A stretch of DNA of 64,000 nucleotides from a virus. The stretch lies in the IMG/VR virus record IMGVR_UViG_3300035492_000411, positions 6-64,005 of that record; one strand, given 5' to 3'. The notes under the pieces are model-generated. The model was not told where the DNA came from. It did no database searches and worked only from the letters and a program-made list of their open reading frames with translations. The position numbers and the translations under genes were made by a program. Below, in pieces: positions 34,790-44,455 of the stretch. How positions within the stretch are numbered: the stretch's first letter is position 1; the number at the start of each line of letters is the position of its first letter.

Positions 34790-36082
34790 TTAGCCGACCT
34801 GATTCAGCGGCACCACGGTGTCGAGCACCGAGGCACCGTAGTCGGTGAACTCGACGCGCTCGCCGGTGTTGACCGCGAAACGGATCTTGGAGGTGCCGAG
34901 GATGGCGCCGATCAGCAGCTCCACCTTGTCGCCGTGATCCATCTCCTTCTCGCTCCAGAAGAACGGCACGCCGGACTTGTCGGAGCGGCCGAGCGCCTGG
35001 GCAACGGCCTGGCCGCCGAGCAGGATCGCGCGGTCCACCGCGTACTGAGTGCCGAAGCTGGACGGCACGACGCAGGTGCTCTCGGTTTCGCTGGCGAAGT
35101 CGGCGCAGTAGCGCACGGTGTTGCCGGCGAAGAAGCGGATCGGGATGTTCTGCTTGATGATCAGGAAGTTGTTCCACAGGCCGACTTCACCCTTGAAGAT
35201 CGGGTGCCCCTTGGCGTTGGCGGCGCGCGCCAGGGCGGCAGCCTGCATGGAGCGGAACGCCGGATCGGCAGCGAACTGGTTGTACTGCAACGGAGTCACC
35301 AGCAGCACGCGGATCGGGTCGTCCTCGGCGGCCTCGTCGCCCTCGAACTGGACGGGCGGCGGCGGCATGACCATCTCGTCCATCACTGCGCGCAGGGAAT
35401 CGACCACGCTCATGCTCAGCACGTCGGTGCTGGCAATATCCATCTCGCCCGCATTGACCTTGAAGCTGGTCACGCCAGAGCCGTCCACCATGAAGTGGCG
35501 GTTTTTGGTCGGCGCCTTGACGCGGTTGACCATTACGGCCGCGAACTTCGGATCGGTGTCGAGCGGCACGCTCCAGGTCTGGTTCATCACGTTGCCGCGA
35601 GCGCCGGCCGCATGGATGATCAGGCTCTGATCCAGGTAGCGGTCCATAGTCGCCTGTGCGACCGGGCGGCCCAGCTTGCGGAAGTCCACCGGCGAGCGAA
35701 TGTCGGTCATGGTGTCCGACAGCTTGACCGGGATACGGGCCTGGTTCACGCGCAGGCGGTCTTCCTCGATGCTCATGCCGGTGCCACGGCCCTCGGCGTA
35801 CTCGCTGCCCATGATCGGGATGGCGCCGAAGGGGTTGACCAGGTTGAAGGTGACTTCATCACCCATGCCCTTGCCCAAGTCCATGCAGCGGACGATCGGC
35901 AGGTGCTTGCTGGTCTGCTTCTTGATGGTGGCCACGGCGCCGGCCTCGCCCTTGGGCATGGAGCCGATCAGACGCGACAGCTTGTTGTTGCGCTTGAGGT
36001 GAGTGGCGAACAGACCTACGGCCTGCTGCATCATGTTTTTCTTGTCGCCATAGGCGGCATGCGAGTTCTGAGCGGTAGGCAT
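34790..36082 (-). CDS. Major capsid protein (N4-gp56/DUF4043 type)
   Basis: PIVRCMDLGKGMGDEVTFNL..EGRG..LRVNQAR..DHGDKVELLIG. Confidence 0.85.
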   Translation of the reverse strand: MPTAQNSHAAYGDKKNMMQQAVGLFATHLKRNNKLSRLIGSMPKGEAGAVATIKKQTSKHLPIVRCMDLGKGMGDEVTFNLVNPFGAIPIMGSEYAEGRGTGMSIEEDRLRVNQARIPVKLSDTMTDIRSPVDFRKLGRPVAQATMDRYLDQSLIIHAAGARGNVMNQTWSVPLDTDPKFAAVMVNRVKAPTKNRHFMVDGSGVTSFKVNAGEMDIASTDVLSMSVVDSLRAVMDEMVMPPPPVQFEGDEAAEDDPIRVLLVTPLQYNQFAADPAFRSMQAAALARAANAKGHPIFKGEVGLWNNFLIIKQNIPIRFFAGNTVRYCADFASETESTCVVPSSFGTQYAVDRAILLGGQAVAQALGRSDKSGVPFFWSEKEMDHGDKVELLIGAILGTSKIRFAVNTGERVEFTDYGASVLDTVVPLNQVG

Positions 36083-36095
36083 GCTCGTGCTCTCC

Positions 36096-37121
36096 TTAGA
36101 GGTTGTTTAGCCAGGCTTCCATCTGCTCGCGGGACATGGAATCCATGTTCTGCAAGAGCTCGAAGCCTTCCATATGAGCCAGCGCTTCATCTCGACCCAC
36201 TCCAGCCGAACGGCCACCGGCAATGTCGGTTAGGCTGTTCGGAACCGGCGCGGTCGCTTGTGCGGCGGCCTGCTGTGCTTTGGTTTTCACATCGGCCGCA
36301 GCCGATGCACCTGGTTGAGTTACACCTGTGGCCTGCTTGAAGGCGTCGAACAGTTCAATCACCTGCCCGGTGCTGCCCTGCTTGAGCACGGCGGCGTAGG
36401 CATCACGCGCGTAGGAGGGCTGCGAATTGATCCAGTCGGCCAGCTCCCTGCTCTCGACAATGGAGTCGGCGTCCGGGTGCGCCTCGTAGATGGCGGCGTA
36501 GTGCTGATTGGTGAGCTCGCTCGCCTGCTTGGCCTGGATTGGCTCCAGCGCCTTGCTTACCCTCGCCTCCACCTGGCTTGCCACCAGCGTGGCGATACCC
36601 TTCGCCAGCGCCTCCTCGGAGAAGTCCCCGAAGATCCCCGGATCGACGCCCTGGTCGATGGCCGCTTGCGCTGCCGCCACCTGGTTGTCGGTCTTGGTCG
36701 GTGCCTCGCCCGCCTCGGCACGCGCTTGAGCTTGAGATCGAAGGCTCTCCAGCTCGCGTTGTGCCGCTGCCGCTCGTTCCTCTGCCGCTTCACGCAGCGC
36801 GCGCTCGGATCTTGCCTGTTCGCGCGCCTCGGTCAGGCGGTCAAAAGGAATGGTGTGCTTGCCGTCCTTGGTCAGGACTACGGTGTTGTCGGCATTCAGC
36901 TCAGGCTCCTGGCCCTTCTGCTTGCCTTCGTCCGCAGCCTCACTGTTCGCGCTCTCGGCCTCTTTTCCACCATGCGCCTGGGCAGCCTCGGGCTGTGCTG
37001 CCTGCTCCGACGACAATGCGCCGGTATCGCCCTGTCCCAGCCCAAGGAGCTGGTCTAGTTGCTCGGGGGAAATCTCGCCGTCAAGCGACTCGATGAACTC
37101 GTTTTCCTGATCGGTATTCAT
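36096..37121 (-). CDS. Capsid scaffolding protein
   Basis: Acidic, coiled-coil, IPFDRL motif, precedes the capsid gene. Confidence 0.75.
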   Translation of the reverse strand: MNTDQENEFIESLDGEISPEQLDQLLGLGQGDTGALSSEQAAQPEAAQAHGGKEAESANSEAADEGKQKGQEPELNADNTVVLTKDGKHTIPFDRLTEAREQARSERALREAAEERAAAAQRELESLRSQAQARAEAGEAPTKTDNQVAAAQAAIDQGVDPGIFGDFSEEALAKGIATLVASQVEARVSKALEPIQAKQASELTNQHYAAIYEAHPDADSIVESRELADWINSQPSYARDAYAAVLKQGSTGQVIELFDAFKQATGVTQPGASAAADVKTKAQQAAAQATAPVPNSLTDIAGGRSAGVGRDEALAHMEGFELLQNMDSMSREQMEAWLNNL

Positions 37122-37221
37122 GCCTGTCCCGCCACATATCGCCGTGGCCGCTATGGGTCATCAGCACGCGGATTGCTCCGCATATCGCCGCAGCACACGG
37201 GTGCGCGTTGGCTTGGCGGCG

Positions 37222-37262
37222 AGTGTGGAAACGAGAGGGAGAAACACCTAGCCCTACAGGGG
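37222..37262 (-). promoter_or_regulatory. Late promoter copy 3 (scaffold/capsid)
   Basis: CCCCTGTAGGGCT-N22-CACACT; extra partial palindrome CCTATAGG at 37270-37277. Confidence 0.7.
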
Positions 37263-37304
37263 TGAACCACCTATAGGGCCAGGGCATTGCAGGATGGATT
37301 GCGG

Positions 37305-38660
37305 CTATTCCTTGTAGCGGATCAGGCTGCGCGGATCGGCAATCGGACGCAGCTCGACAGCGCCGATGCTGAGCGTGCCAGTGCCGGCCTGCGCGTTGTT
37401 GGTCTTGATCTGCGTGCGCCATTGCAGCGTGCTCGCAGCGTCGATGATCTGGAAGGGCGGGGTTTCGATCACGCCGCTCCAGGCTTCGGCAGGCCAGGCG
37501 TCCGCGTTGTAGTCCTCCATGCCGTAAGCGATGATTCCGCCCGTAGCGCCGTCGCGCAGCATCTGCGTGATGCCTTGCCAGCCTGCCCAGGCGCCGCAGT
37601 CCACTTCTACCGAGGCGCGCACCCAAGTGCCGACCGGCAGGTTATGCGCCACGCTGGTTACTGCGGTCTGGAAGTAGTAGAGGTCGGTGCCGGCTGCGCC
37701 GCTTGGCGTGATAACCAACTGCTGCGCATTGCCGCGCCCGTTGCTGCGAGCGACCTTGCTGCACGCTACTGCGCCCGCGCCTGACTGGCGAACCACCCGC
37801 ATGTTGTCCGCAACCGACCCCGACGCTCCGGTGCCGACCGTGCCCGCCGTACCGGAAAGCATAGGGTTGGGCATCAGGTTGCCGCGCGGGTTGAGGGTGG
37901 CGTCGTACAGGTCGTCGGGCGCCACAATTGCGCGCTGGCGAGGAACAAGGAAGCCTTTGAGCGCGTTGCCGAGTTCCTTGCCAACTTCGTAGGCGGAGAT
38001 AGTGCTGAAATGCGTGCCGTCCGGGCTGTAGCCGGCCTTCGGGCTGCCGTCGGCGCTGTTGAAGTCTACCCACGGCTTGTTCCAGTCCAGGCTGTAGCAG
38101 CCATTTCGCCCAGCAACATAGTCGAAGCCCTGCTGGTTCACCCAGTGGGCTTTCTTGCGGTAGCCAGACGCGACCGACCAGCTCGACGTGCTGCGGGCCA
38201 GGATCGGCAGCAGCACGACCTTCTTGCCCAGCGCCAGGTAGAAGTCCACCAGCGCCGCGCGCATCTGGTGAATGTACTCCTTGGTCTGCGTGGGAATGTC
38301 GTTGGTGCCGCCGTCGATCACGACCACATCGCACTCTACGTTGGTCGCCAGGTAGAAACGCCGATTCCATATCTCAGACAGGACGGCGCCGCCAATGCCG
38401 GCATTCAGCCCACGGAAATACACGGTGCCAACGCCATCAGGCTCCCAGCCCGCGCGCACGGTCGGGTCATACCAGGCTGGCATGTCGAACAGCCCAGGAT
38501 TGAGCGTGCGCGCCCAGTTGAGCGGGCCTTTCGACCATGTGGATAGCTTGAATGAACTGTTAGCCGTGTGGTGATGCTGCATCAGCGACGTGCCGAGCAG
38601 AGCCACGCGGTTGCCGCCGCCAGCAACGGGCGCGGCCTTTGGGTTGAGTAGTAGGCTCAT
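37305..38660 (-). CDS. SGNH/GDSL esterase with a C-terminal CBM-like domain
   Basis: Blocks GTSL, NAGIGG, GGTND, DGTH. Confidence 0.85.
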   Translation of the reverse strand: MSLLLNPKAAPVAGGGNRVALLGTSLMQHHHTANSSFKLSTWSKGPLNWARTLNPGLFDMPAWYDPTVRAGWEPDGVGTVYFRGLNAGIGGAVLSEIWNRRFYLATNVECDVVVIDGGTNDIPTQTKEYIHQMRAALVDFYLALGKKVVLLPILARSTSSWSVASGYRKKAHWVNQQGFDYVAGRNGCYSLDWNKPWVDFNSADGSPKAGYSPDGTHFSTISAYEVGKELGNALKGFLVPRQRAIVAPDDLYDATLNPRGNLMPNPMLSGTAGTVGTGASGSVADNMRVVRQSGAGAVACSKVARSNGRGNAQQLVITPSGAAGTDLYYFQTAVTSVAHNLPVGTWVRASVEVDCGAWAGWQGITQMLRDGATGGIIAYGMEDYNADAWPAEAWSGVIETPPFQIIDAASTLQWRTQIKTNNAQAGTGTLSIGAVELRPIADPRSLIRYKE

Positions 38661-38887
38661 TCGATTGAATACTCCGCGCCGCCAGTGGGGGTGAAGCGCA
38701 CCGGGCCAAGCCCGAAGTTCATCAGGTGCGCGCCGTCTGCAGCGAATGTGTCGGCAACTATCCAGTTGTCACCCACCCGCTTCTCTACCGCGAGCGAGCC
38801 GCCATTGGCGCGAACGATCAGTAGGCGCCGCTCCTCGCCTTCGGCGTATGTCTTTTCGGTTTGCGTGGTGATCTTACGGTTGGACAT
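38657..38887 (-). CDS. Small beta-rich protein coupled to the SGNH gene
   Basis: 76 aa, AAGGAG SD, ATGA overlap. Confidence 0.7.
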   Translation of the reverse strand: MSNRKITTQTEKTYAEGEERRLLIVRANGGSLAVEKRVGDNWIVADTFAADGAHLMNFGLGPVRFTPTGGAEYSIE

Positions 38888-38956
38888 CGTAAATCTCCTT
38901 GGCGGCCAGCCTTCTGCCGCCTGTCAGTCAGTGGTTCATTGGTTCCCTTGCGCCGC

Positions 38957-39451
38957 TCAGTCGGCGCGCTCGCTCTGGCAGGCCGCCACGCTCTCGCTCG
39001 ACAGCAGCGGCACATTTGCGGCATGCGCCAGCACAGTGGTGTCGTGCTCCAGTTCCAGCGGCACGCCATTGACCTTGATCACCGCGCCTCGATTGAGGAA
39101 CAGGCGCACACGCGGATCGCTCGCAGCGCAGGAGCCGCAGCCGGAACAGGCTTTCGCCTCGGCGGCCTCGCTCTTGGCCGCCTGGCCCTGCTGGTAGGGC
39201 ATCCACTCGGCGTAACCGGCATTGTCGCGCACGCTGTCGCCAGCCTGGAGCAGGGTCACGCTGCGCTTCTCGTGAGCGCCGCCGCCGTGGTCGGTGATGA
39301 GCAGATTGATCATGCGGTCGCTATGCACGAACACCACTTGCGCGGTGAACGGCTGATCGCTGCCTGGGTAGGCGAACATCCCGGCTTCAATGTCCTGGGT
39401 GCTCGGCCAGTACCAGAGAACGCGGCCAACGGTGGGCTTGATGATCGGCAT
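38957..39451 (-). CDS. Hypothetical phage protein (IKPTVGRV.WY type)
   Basis: Start MPIIKPTVGRVLWYWP with AAGGAG SD; CSGCGSC linker. Confidence 0.75.
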   Translation of the reverse strand: MPIIKPTVGRVLWYWPSTQDIEAGMFAYPGSDQPFTAQVVFVHSDRMINLLITDHGGGAHEKRSVTLLQAGDSVRDNAGYAEWMPYQQGQAAKSEAAEAKACSGCGSCAASDPRVRLFLNRGAVIKVNGVPLELEHDTTVLAHAANVPLLSSESVAACQSERAD

Positions 39452-39465
39452 GCGGTGACTCTCCT

Positions 39466-39692
39466 TTAGCTCTTGCGGTAGTAGCGCGAGCCGAACAGGC
39501 GCACGCCGATAAACATGGCCAGGCCGATGGCTCCGGCGAGCAGGCTCATAGCGCCGCTTCCGCCACTGCTGGCTACGCATGACAGCAGGCCAAGGTCGGC
39601 CTCGTGCGGCCGATCTGCGCGGCGTAGGCCACGTCATGCGCCTGGCAGCAGGTCGCCCACCAGCCCTCTGGGAAGTGCGTGCAGTAGTCCAT
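39466..39692 (-). pseudogene. Phospholipase A2-like gene with a 1-nt frameshift
   Basis: MDYCTHFPEGWWATCCQAHDVAY.. continues after a frame shift near 39605 as EADLGLLSCV..MFIGVRLFGSRYYRKS*; span 227 nt. Confidence 0.65.
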
Positions 39693-39866
39693 CTACTCAG
39701 CCTCCCGTGGGTGCGCGTCGATCTCGGCGCGGATTTGCTCGCGCCGCTCGATGCTCATGTCCTCCCGCTGAGCGAGCAGGGTCAGCGCCTGCTGGTACTC
39801 GGCCTGGGTAAATGGGCGGTGGTACTGGTGGCCGGCTGGCGTGCAGCCACGGCATGGCTCGCTCAT
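39693..39866 (-). CDS. Hypothetical 57-aa protein
   Basis: MSEPCRGCTPAGHQYHRPFTQAEY..; ATGA overlap with the portal stop, stop abuts the next ATG. Confidence 0.6.
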   Translation of the reverse strand: MSEPCRGCTPAGHQYHRPFTQAEYQQALTLLAQREDMSIERREQIRAEIDAHPREAE

Positions 39867-42127
39867 ACCGGAGCCCCCAGGTTGTCGGCCGGGGTTGCCG
39901 TCTCGATGCCCTGCTGCCCAGTGCCGGCCACGGCCGGGAACTGCGGGCTGGTGTTGGCTGGAGCCTCGATGCCTGCGTCACCTCCAGCGGTCACGGCGCC
40001 CTCACCCTGCACATAAGGCGACGCGATGTTCATGGCGGCGGCCTGCTCGGGCACCGGGAAGTTCGGGTCTTGCCCGCCTGGTTGGTTCTGGAACCCGGCC
40101 GCCTGCATCATCTTGTCGGCGATGGGCGCGATCATCGGCATCTGCGCCACCTGGGCGCCGCCCTGCATGCTGGAGAACATCGCCTGGATCAGGGTCAGCA
40201 CGGTCTTGGCGTCCATGCCGCGCATCTCGCTAGCCTGCCGCTCGGCTTTCAGGTCGAGCTCGCGCTGCTTGATGTCGTTGCCGGCGTCCTTGAGCGCCTG
40301 CTGAATCTGCTGCTCGATCTGCTCCGGGGTCTGCTGCTGATCCACGGCGCGGATAGCCTCGACCACATCGCGCTTGAACGGCACGTCCATGAGGCTGACC
40401 AAGAACGGCAGCACGGCGGCCTGGTACTGCTGCGGCATGGCCTTGACCGCCTCGCTCATCGCGTTGAGCTGCTGGCCACGGTAGGAGTTGGTGGACGGCA
40501 CGTCTTCCAGGGCGACCTTGAGGCGGGTGCGCTGCAGGTCGTTTGACAGGTACGGGTAGCCGCGCTCGTCCACCTCCGGCTTATTGATTTGCACGGTGCG
40601 GTCAGCGGTGACGGCATCGCCCTCGATGATGATGGTGGCCGGCTCGCTGCCCATGTCCTCGACTATCATCGCCAGCAGCAGCTCACCGATCAGCGACCGG
40701 GCGGCGCGGAAGTTGTCCATGATGTGGCCGAGCGACTGATTGCTCTGCTCCACCTGCGTCTGCTCCTGCAGGCCCGACCTTGCGGTTCCGGCCTTACCCA
40801 TAAAGCCGCTGGTGATGCCGGACACGCGCTCAAAGGTGGCGCGGTTGTCGGCCAGCATCTGGTGGTGCTGATCGGTCAGCGTGTAGTCGCGTTTGACCTC
40901 GAAGCGCGAGCCTTGCTGCGCCATGTGCTGGTGGTTGAGCACAATGTCGGCGTCAGGCCGCGCGATCTGCCGGCGCAACTGGGCGTCAGTCATGTCGGTG
41001 GCGCCTGCGGTACGCTCGACGCGCACCACATTCATGCCCCAGCGCAGCTTGCTGATACCGCTGTTGAGACTGTCCTGGGCGTACTTCATGCCGCGCACAT
41101 AGCCATACGGCACGCCAGTCGCATCCTCACGGAAGCCGAAGAAAGGGGCGTAGGGGAAGTGCCGGTGCGTGTACGGCGTCGGGCCGTCGAACAGGCGGTG
41201 CGGGCCGAGCCAGTATGAGCGCCGCACGCGGGCAATGGTGGCCTTCTGCGCTTTGGCTGCCCCGCTCGCTAGCGCTACCTGGTGCTGCAGGTTCTCGGGG
41301 TCGTACTCGACCACGCGCCCGTTCGGTGTCTTGATCACCAGCACGCTCACCCAGCGCCGATACCAGACCTCAGCCAGGCAGACTTCGCGGGTGGTCGGGT
41401 TGAACCAGCGGTCTTCCTGCATCGTCCAGGCTCGCGCCTCATCCCAGGCATTGTTCAAGCCGGTGCTTGCGCCTCCTTCGCTGTACAGGCTGTCATCCAT
41501 CCACCAGCCATTGCCGCCACGGCCGCATGCCTCGATCAGCGCCTTATGCTGCGGGAAAGTCTCGGCCACGCGCTCAGGCAGCAGCCAGCGCTGACGGCGG
41601 AGCCAGCGGCATTGCTCCCAGTCGTCGCCACACTTCATGTCCCAGTGCATTTCGTTGCGATGCACGGCGCTGACGCGATACGGGTAGCGGATCGGGTCGG
41701 GATCGCGGGCCACCTCTACCCAGCCGATGCCGCAGGCGATCTGCGGGCGGAATGCCTTACTGCATGCTCGATCAGCCTTGCTCTCGCGCTCGGCCTGGTT
41801 GAGCTTGAAATTCAGCGCGTCGGCCACGTCCTGGCCGCCAGGATCGCCGTTCGGGGTGACGCGCCAATCGGTGCGCGTGGTCGATTCGTAGCCCTGCAGG
41901 CTGAGCAGGGTTGGGCCGATCATGTCCTCCACTGCAGGCGGTATGCCCAGCTCGGCCTGCCGGCGCAGCAGGTCGGAGTCGAGTTGGTTGCCGTCGGCGT
42001 AGTCCATCTCCTTGTCGGCAATGGCGCGCCAGCGCGGCTGCAGCTCAATCTCGTCGCAGAGCTCCTGATACTCGCGCAGCGATAGGGCCAGGTCATCGGT
42101 GGTCTGGTTCATGGTTGGTGTCCTCAC
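39863..42127 (-). CDS. Portal protein (P22-like)
   Basis: 754 aa after terL; DYADGNQ, CGIGWVEV, FPYAPFFG, Q..LN..ISK motifs. Confidence 0.9.
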   Translation of the reverse strand: MRTPTMNQTTDDLALSLREYQELCDEIELQPRWRAIADKEMDYADGNQLDSDLLRRQAELGIPPAVEDMIGPTLLSLQGYESTTRTDWRVTPNGDPGGQDVADALNFKLNQAERESKADRACSKAFRPQIACGIGWVEVARDPDPIRYPYRVSAVHRNEMHWDMKCGDDWEQCRWLRRQRWLLPERVAETFPQHKALIEACGRGGNGWWMDDSLYSEGGASTGLNNAWDEARAWTMQEDRWFNPTTREVCLAEVWYRRWVSVLVIKTPNGRVVEYDPENLQHQVALASGAAKAQKATIARVRRSYWLGPHRLFDGPTPYTHRHFPYAPFFGFREDATGVPYGYVRGMKYAQDSLNSGISKLRWGMNVVRVERTAGATDMTDAQLRRQIARPDADIVLNHQHMAQQGSRFEVKRDYTLTDQHHQMLADNRATFERVSGITSGFMGKAGTARSGLQEQTQVEQSNQSLGHIMDNFRAARSLIGELLLAMIVEDMGSEPATIIIEGDAVTADRTVQINKPEVDERGYPYLSNDLQRTRLKVALEDVPSTNSYRGQQLNAMSEAVKAMPQQYQAAVLPFLVSLMDVPFKRDVVEAIRAVDQQQTPEQIEQQIQQALKDAGNDIKQRELDLKAERQASEMRGMDAKTVLTLIQAMFSSMQGGAQVAQMPMIAPIADKMMQAAGFQNQPGGQDPNFPVPEQAAAMNIASPYVQGEGAVTAGGDAGIEAPANTSPQFPAVAGTGQQGIETATPADNLGAPV

Positions 42128-43749
42128 AGGCGCCAGTCAGGCGCCTCGGCTTCTACATAGGTGGATGGCCTGGTGGTGGCGGTGTGCAGCATCCCCAGCT
42201 CCTTGGCTTGCGCCCACTGGCGGAAGGCGTCGGCGCCTTCGCTGCAGCCGTTGCTCTTGTCCGGCTGGTCGGTGTAGCGGTTGTCTGCGCGGCTGAAGCG
42301 CTTGCGGTAGCCCTCCAGGCGCTGAATGCCCTTGGCGCAGCCGGTTTCGTCGATCCAGGCGGCCTTCATGTGCTTGCGCACCTGGCTGACGCCCGTGACC
42401 AGCTCAGTGATCAGCGGCACGATGGCGAATCGCTCGCCCGGCATCAGGTCTTGCAGCATCTCCATCGTGCTGCGGTTGTAGTCCGAGAGGCGCTTGTGGT
42501 TGGCGTCATGCGGCAGGTAGTGAGTGCCGAACACATAGCCCTTCTCGCGCAGCTCGCGGACGTAGTGGCGCAAGTCCTCGCCGTGCGCCTCGTAGTAGCT
42601 GATGAAGCGATCCTCGCCGCGCAGCTCTTGGTGGAACCAGATCGCGCAGCCGTCGCTGTTGCCGATGTCCCAGAAGGTGTTGACCGGCATATCCAGTTCC
42701 GGCACGCGGCACACGCCGCCGCGCTTGCGCAGGGCCAGCATGTCCTTGGCGTACCAGTTGCCGACGGTGCTGACCTGGAAGGCTTCGGATGGGAAGGACG
42801 GGTACTCCTGCCACATCTTCTCTTCGGCGCCGGAGAAGTCGGCGCGCTTCGTGGCGACGTACCAGGCGCGCTGATCCGGGTCGATGGTGATGCGCTCGCC
42901 CATGTCGCGCAGGACGGTGGCCTCAACCAGGTCGAAGTATTCGTGTTCTTCCTGGGTAATCTCGACCGTGGACGCATCCATGCGGTACTTCGGCTCTTGC
43001 CACCAGGCGTAGAAGTGCATGCGGTAGTCGCGCGCGGTGAGCTTCTTGCGGCTGGCGTGGTTCGCCTCGGCAATGCCGACCATCTTGAAGAACTCGCCTT
43101 CGCGTCCTTCCGCCGTGCTCTCGATCACCAGAATGCCGTTGGTGGGCACGGCCGGGATGGAGCCGGTGACGACCTCCTGCGCTTTGTCGGGGAACTTGGC
43201 GCAGATTTTCCCGAACTCGGAAACGTGCAGGCGGTGGATCGTGCCCGAGCGCATCGACGTAGCCACGCGGACGCTGCTGTTGTTGTGCGCGAATAGCAGC
43301 TCGGTGGCCGAGTCGCGCGCTAGCGGGAAACGCTCGCGGATTTCATCGGGCAGGTTGGCATAGGCGAACTTCACCTTGTCGCGGAAGATCGCTTCGGCCG
43401 CCTCCCGGTCCTGGGCGATGATCCCGCAGCGCTGATCGCCGTTGAACAGCGCGTGATCCAGCCACATGATCGCAATTAGCGTGGTGAAGCCGAGCTGTCG
43501 CGCCTTGAGGATCAGGTTGCGGTGCCAGAGCCTGCGGATAAAGCGCTTCTGCGCGCGGTTGGGCCTGAACGGCAGGACAAAGCTGTCGCCTTCCTCGATG
43601 CTGCCGTCGGCGCCGATCTTGTCATCGCCCTTGATCATGATCTTGTACAGGCAGCCGCTGAACAGGCGCCACTCAGGGTCAGCCAGGCAGCGCGCAAGCT
43701 CAGCCGCATCCGTGGGCAGCGGTAGCAGCTCCTGGTCTTGGACGATCAT
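42124..43749 (-). CDS. terL: Terminase large subunit
   Basis: LKARQLGFTT Walker A, LHVSE Walker B, ESTAEG, WDIG nuclease Asp. Confidence 0.95.
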   Translation of the reverse strand: MIVQDQELLPLPTDAAELARCLADPEWRLFSGCLYKIMIKGDDKIGADGSIEEGDSFVLPFRPNRAQKRFIRRLWHRNLILKARQLGFTTLIAIMWLDHALFNGDQRCGIIAQDREAAEAIFRDKVKFAYANLPDEIRERFPLARDSATELLFAHNNSSVRVATSMRSGTIHRLHVSEFGKICAKFPDKAQEVVTGSIPAVPTNGILVIESTAEGREGEFFKMVGIAEANHASRKKLTARDYRMHFYAWWQEPKYRMDASTVEITQEEHEYFDLVEATVLRDMGERITIDPDQRAWYVATKRADFSGAEEKMWQEYPSFPSEAFQVSTVGNWYAKDMLALRKRGGVCRVPELDMPVNTFWDIGNSDGCAIWFHQELRGEDRFISYYEAHGEDLRHYVRELREKGYVFGTHYLPHDANHKRLSDYNRSTMEMLQDLMPGERFAIVPLITELVTGVSQVRKHMKAAWIDETGCAKGIQRLEGYRKRFSRADNRYTDQPDKSNGCSEGADAFRQWAQAKELGMLHTATTRPSTYVEAEAPDWRL

Positions 43750-44447
43750 TCGTCATCGCCCTTGGCGTGGTCGGGGTCGTCAGCGACCGGCGCGAAAGCG
43801 TTGCCGTTGGTCTTGGCGATGGCGTGCAGCAACGCAGTGAGCGGGTCGGTCTTCTGCTCGTTGTCGCGCTCGTACAGGCCCAGGTGCTTCATCAGGCGCT
43901 CAAGGTTGGCGCCCTTGTCTGTGAGCTTGTACTTCTTCAAGTAACCAGCGAACTGGCGGTCTTGCCCTGATCCCTCGAACTGCTCGATCACGTCCATGCC
44001 GGCCAGTGCAGCCGCCGTGTCGTCGTCCAGCTCATGGATGCCAAGCGGCGAACCGTCATCGCGGAAAAACTTGCGCGGATCGTAGAAGCTGAGCCGCGCC
44101 ACTTCCAGCAGCACGCGGTCTGCGGTGATCTGCGTCCGCTCCTGCTGCCTTATGCGGGCGGCGGCGATGGCTTCCTGAATGTTTAGTTTTGTTAATAGCT
44201 GACTGGCCATAGAGCGCGCAGACTTCTGGCTGTAGCCGGCACGGATTGCTGCCTGGGTCGCATTCAGGTCTACGAGGTACTCTTGGACAAACGCTTGCTG
44301 CTGGGGGTTGAGCTTGGCCACTGCCTGCTCCTGCGCGTGGTCGTCATCGGTCAGGCGTGCGGAACCGCCAGCGGAGCGCGGTGGCTTCGCTGCGGTCGCC
44401 TTCTTGCTGGTGGTAGAGCGCTTGGGCTCTTGGGGTTTCCTGGCCAT
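43746..44447 (-). CDS. terS: Terminase small subunit
   Basis: FVQEYLVDLNATQAAIRAGYSQKSA. Confidence 0.93.
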   Translation of the reverse strand: MARKPQEPKRSTTSKKATAAKPPRSAGGSARLTDDDHAQEQAVAKLNPQQQAFVQEYLVDLNATQAAIRAGYSQKSARSMASQLLTKLNIQEAIAAARIRQQERTQITADRVLLEVARLSFYDPRKFFRDDGSPLGIHELDDDTAAALAGMDVIEQFEGSGQDRQFAGYLKKYKLTDKGANLERLMKHLGLYERDNEQKTDPLTALLHAIAKTNGNAFAPVADDPDHAKGDDE

Positions 44448-44455
44448 AGGCGGCC

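Noticed and set aside
39595-39615. Programmed ribosomal frameshift in the PLA2-like gene
   Set aside because: No X XXY YYZ slippery site; a simple deletion or sequencing error is more likely
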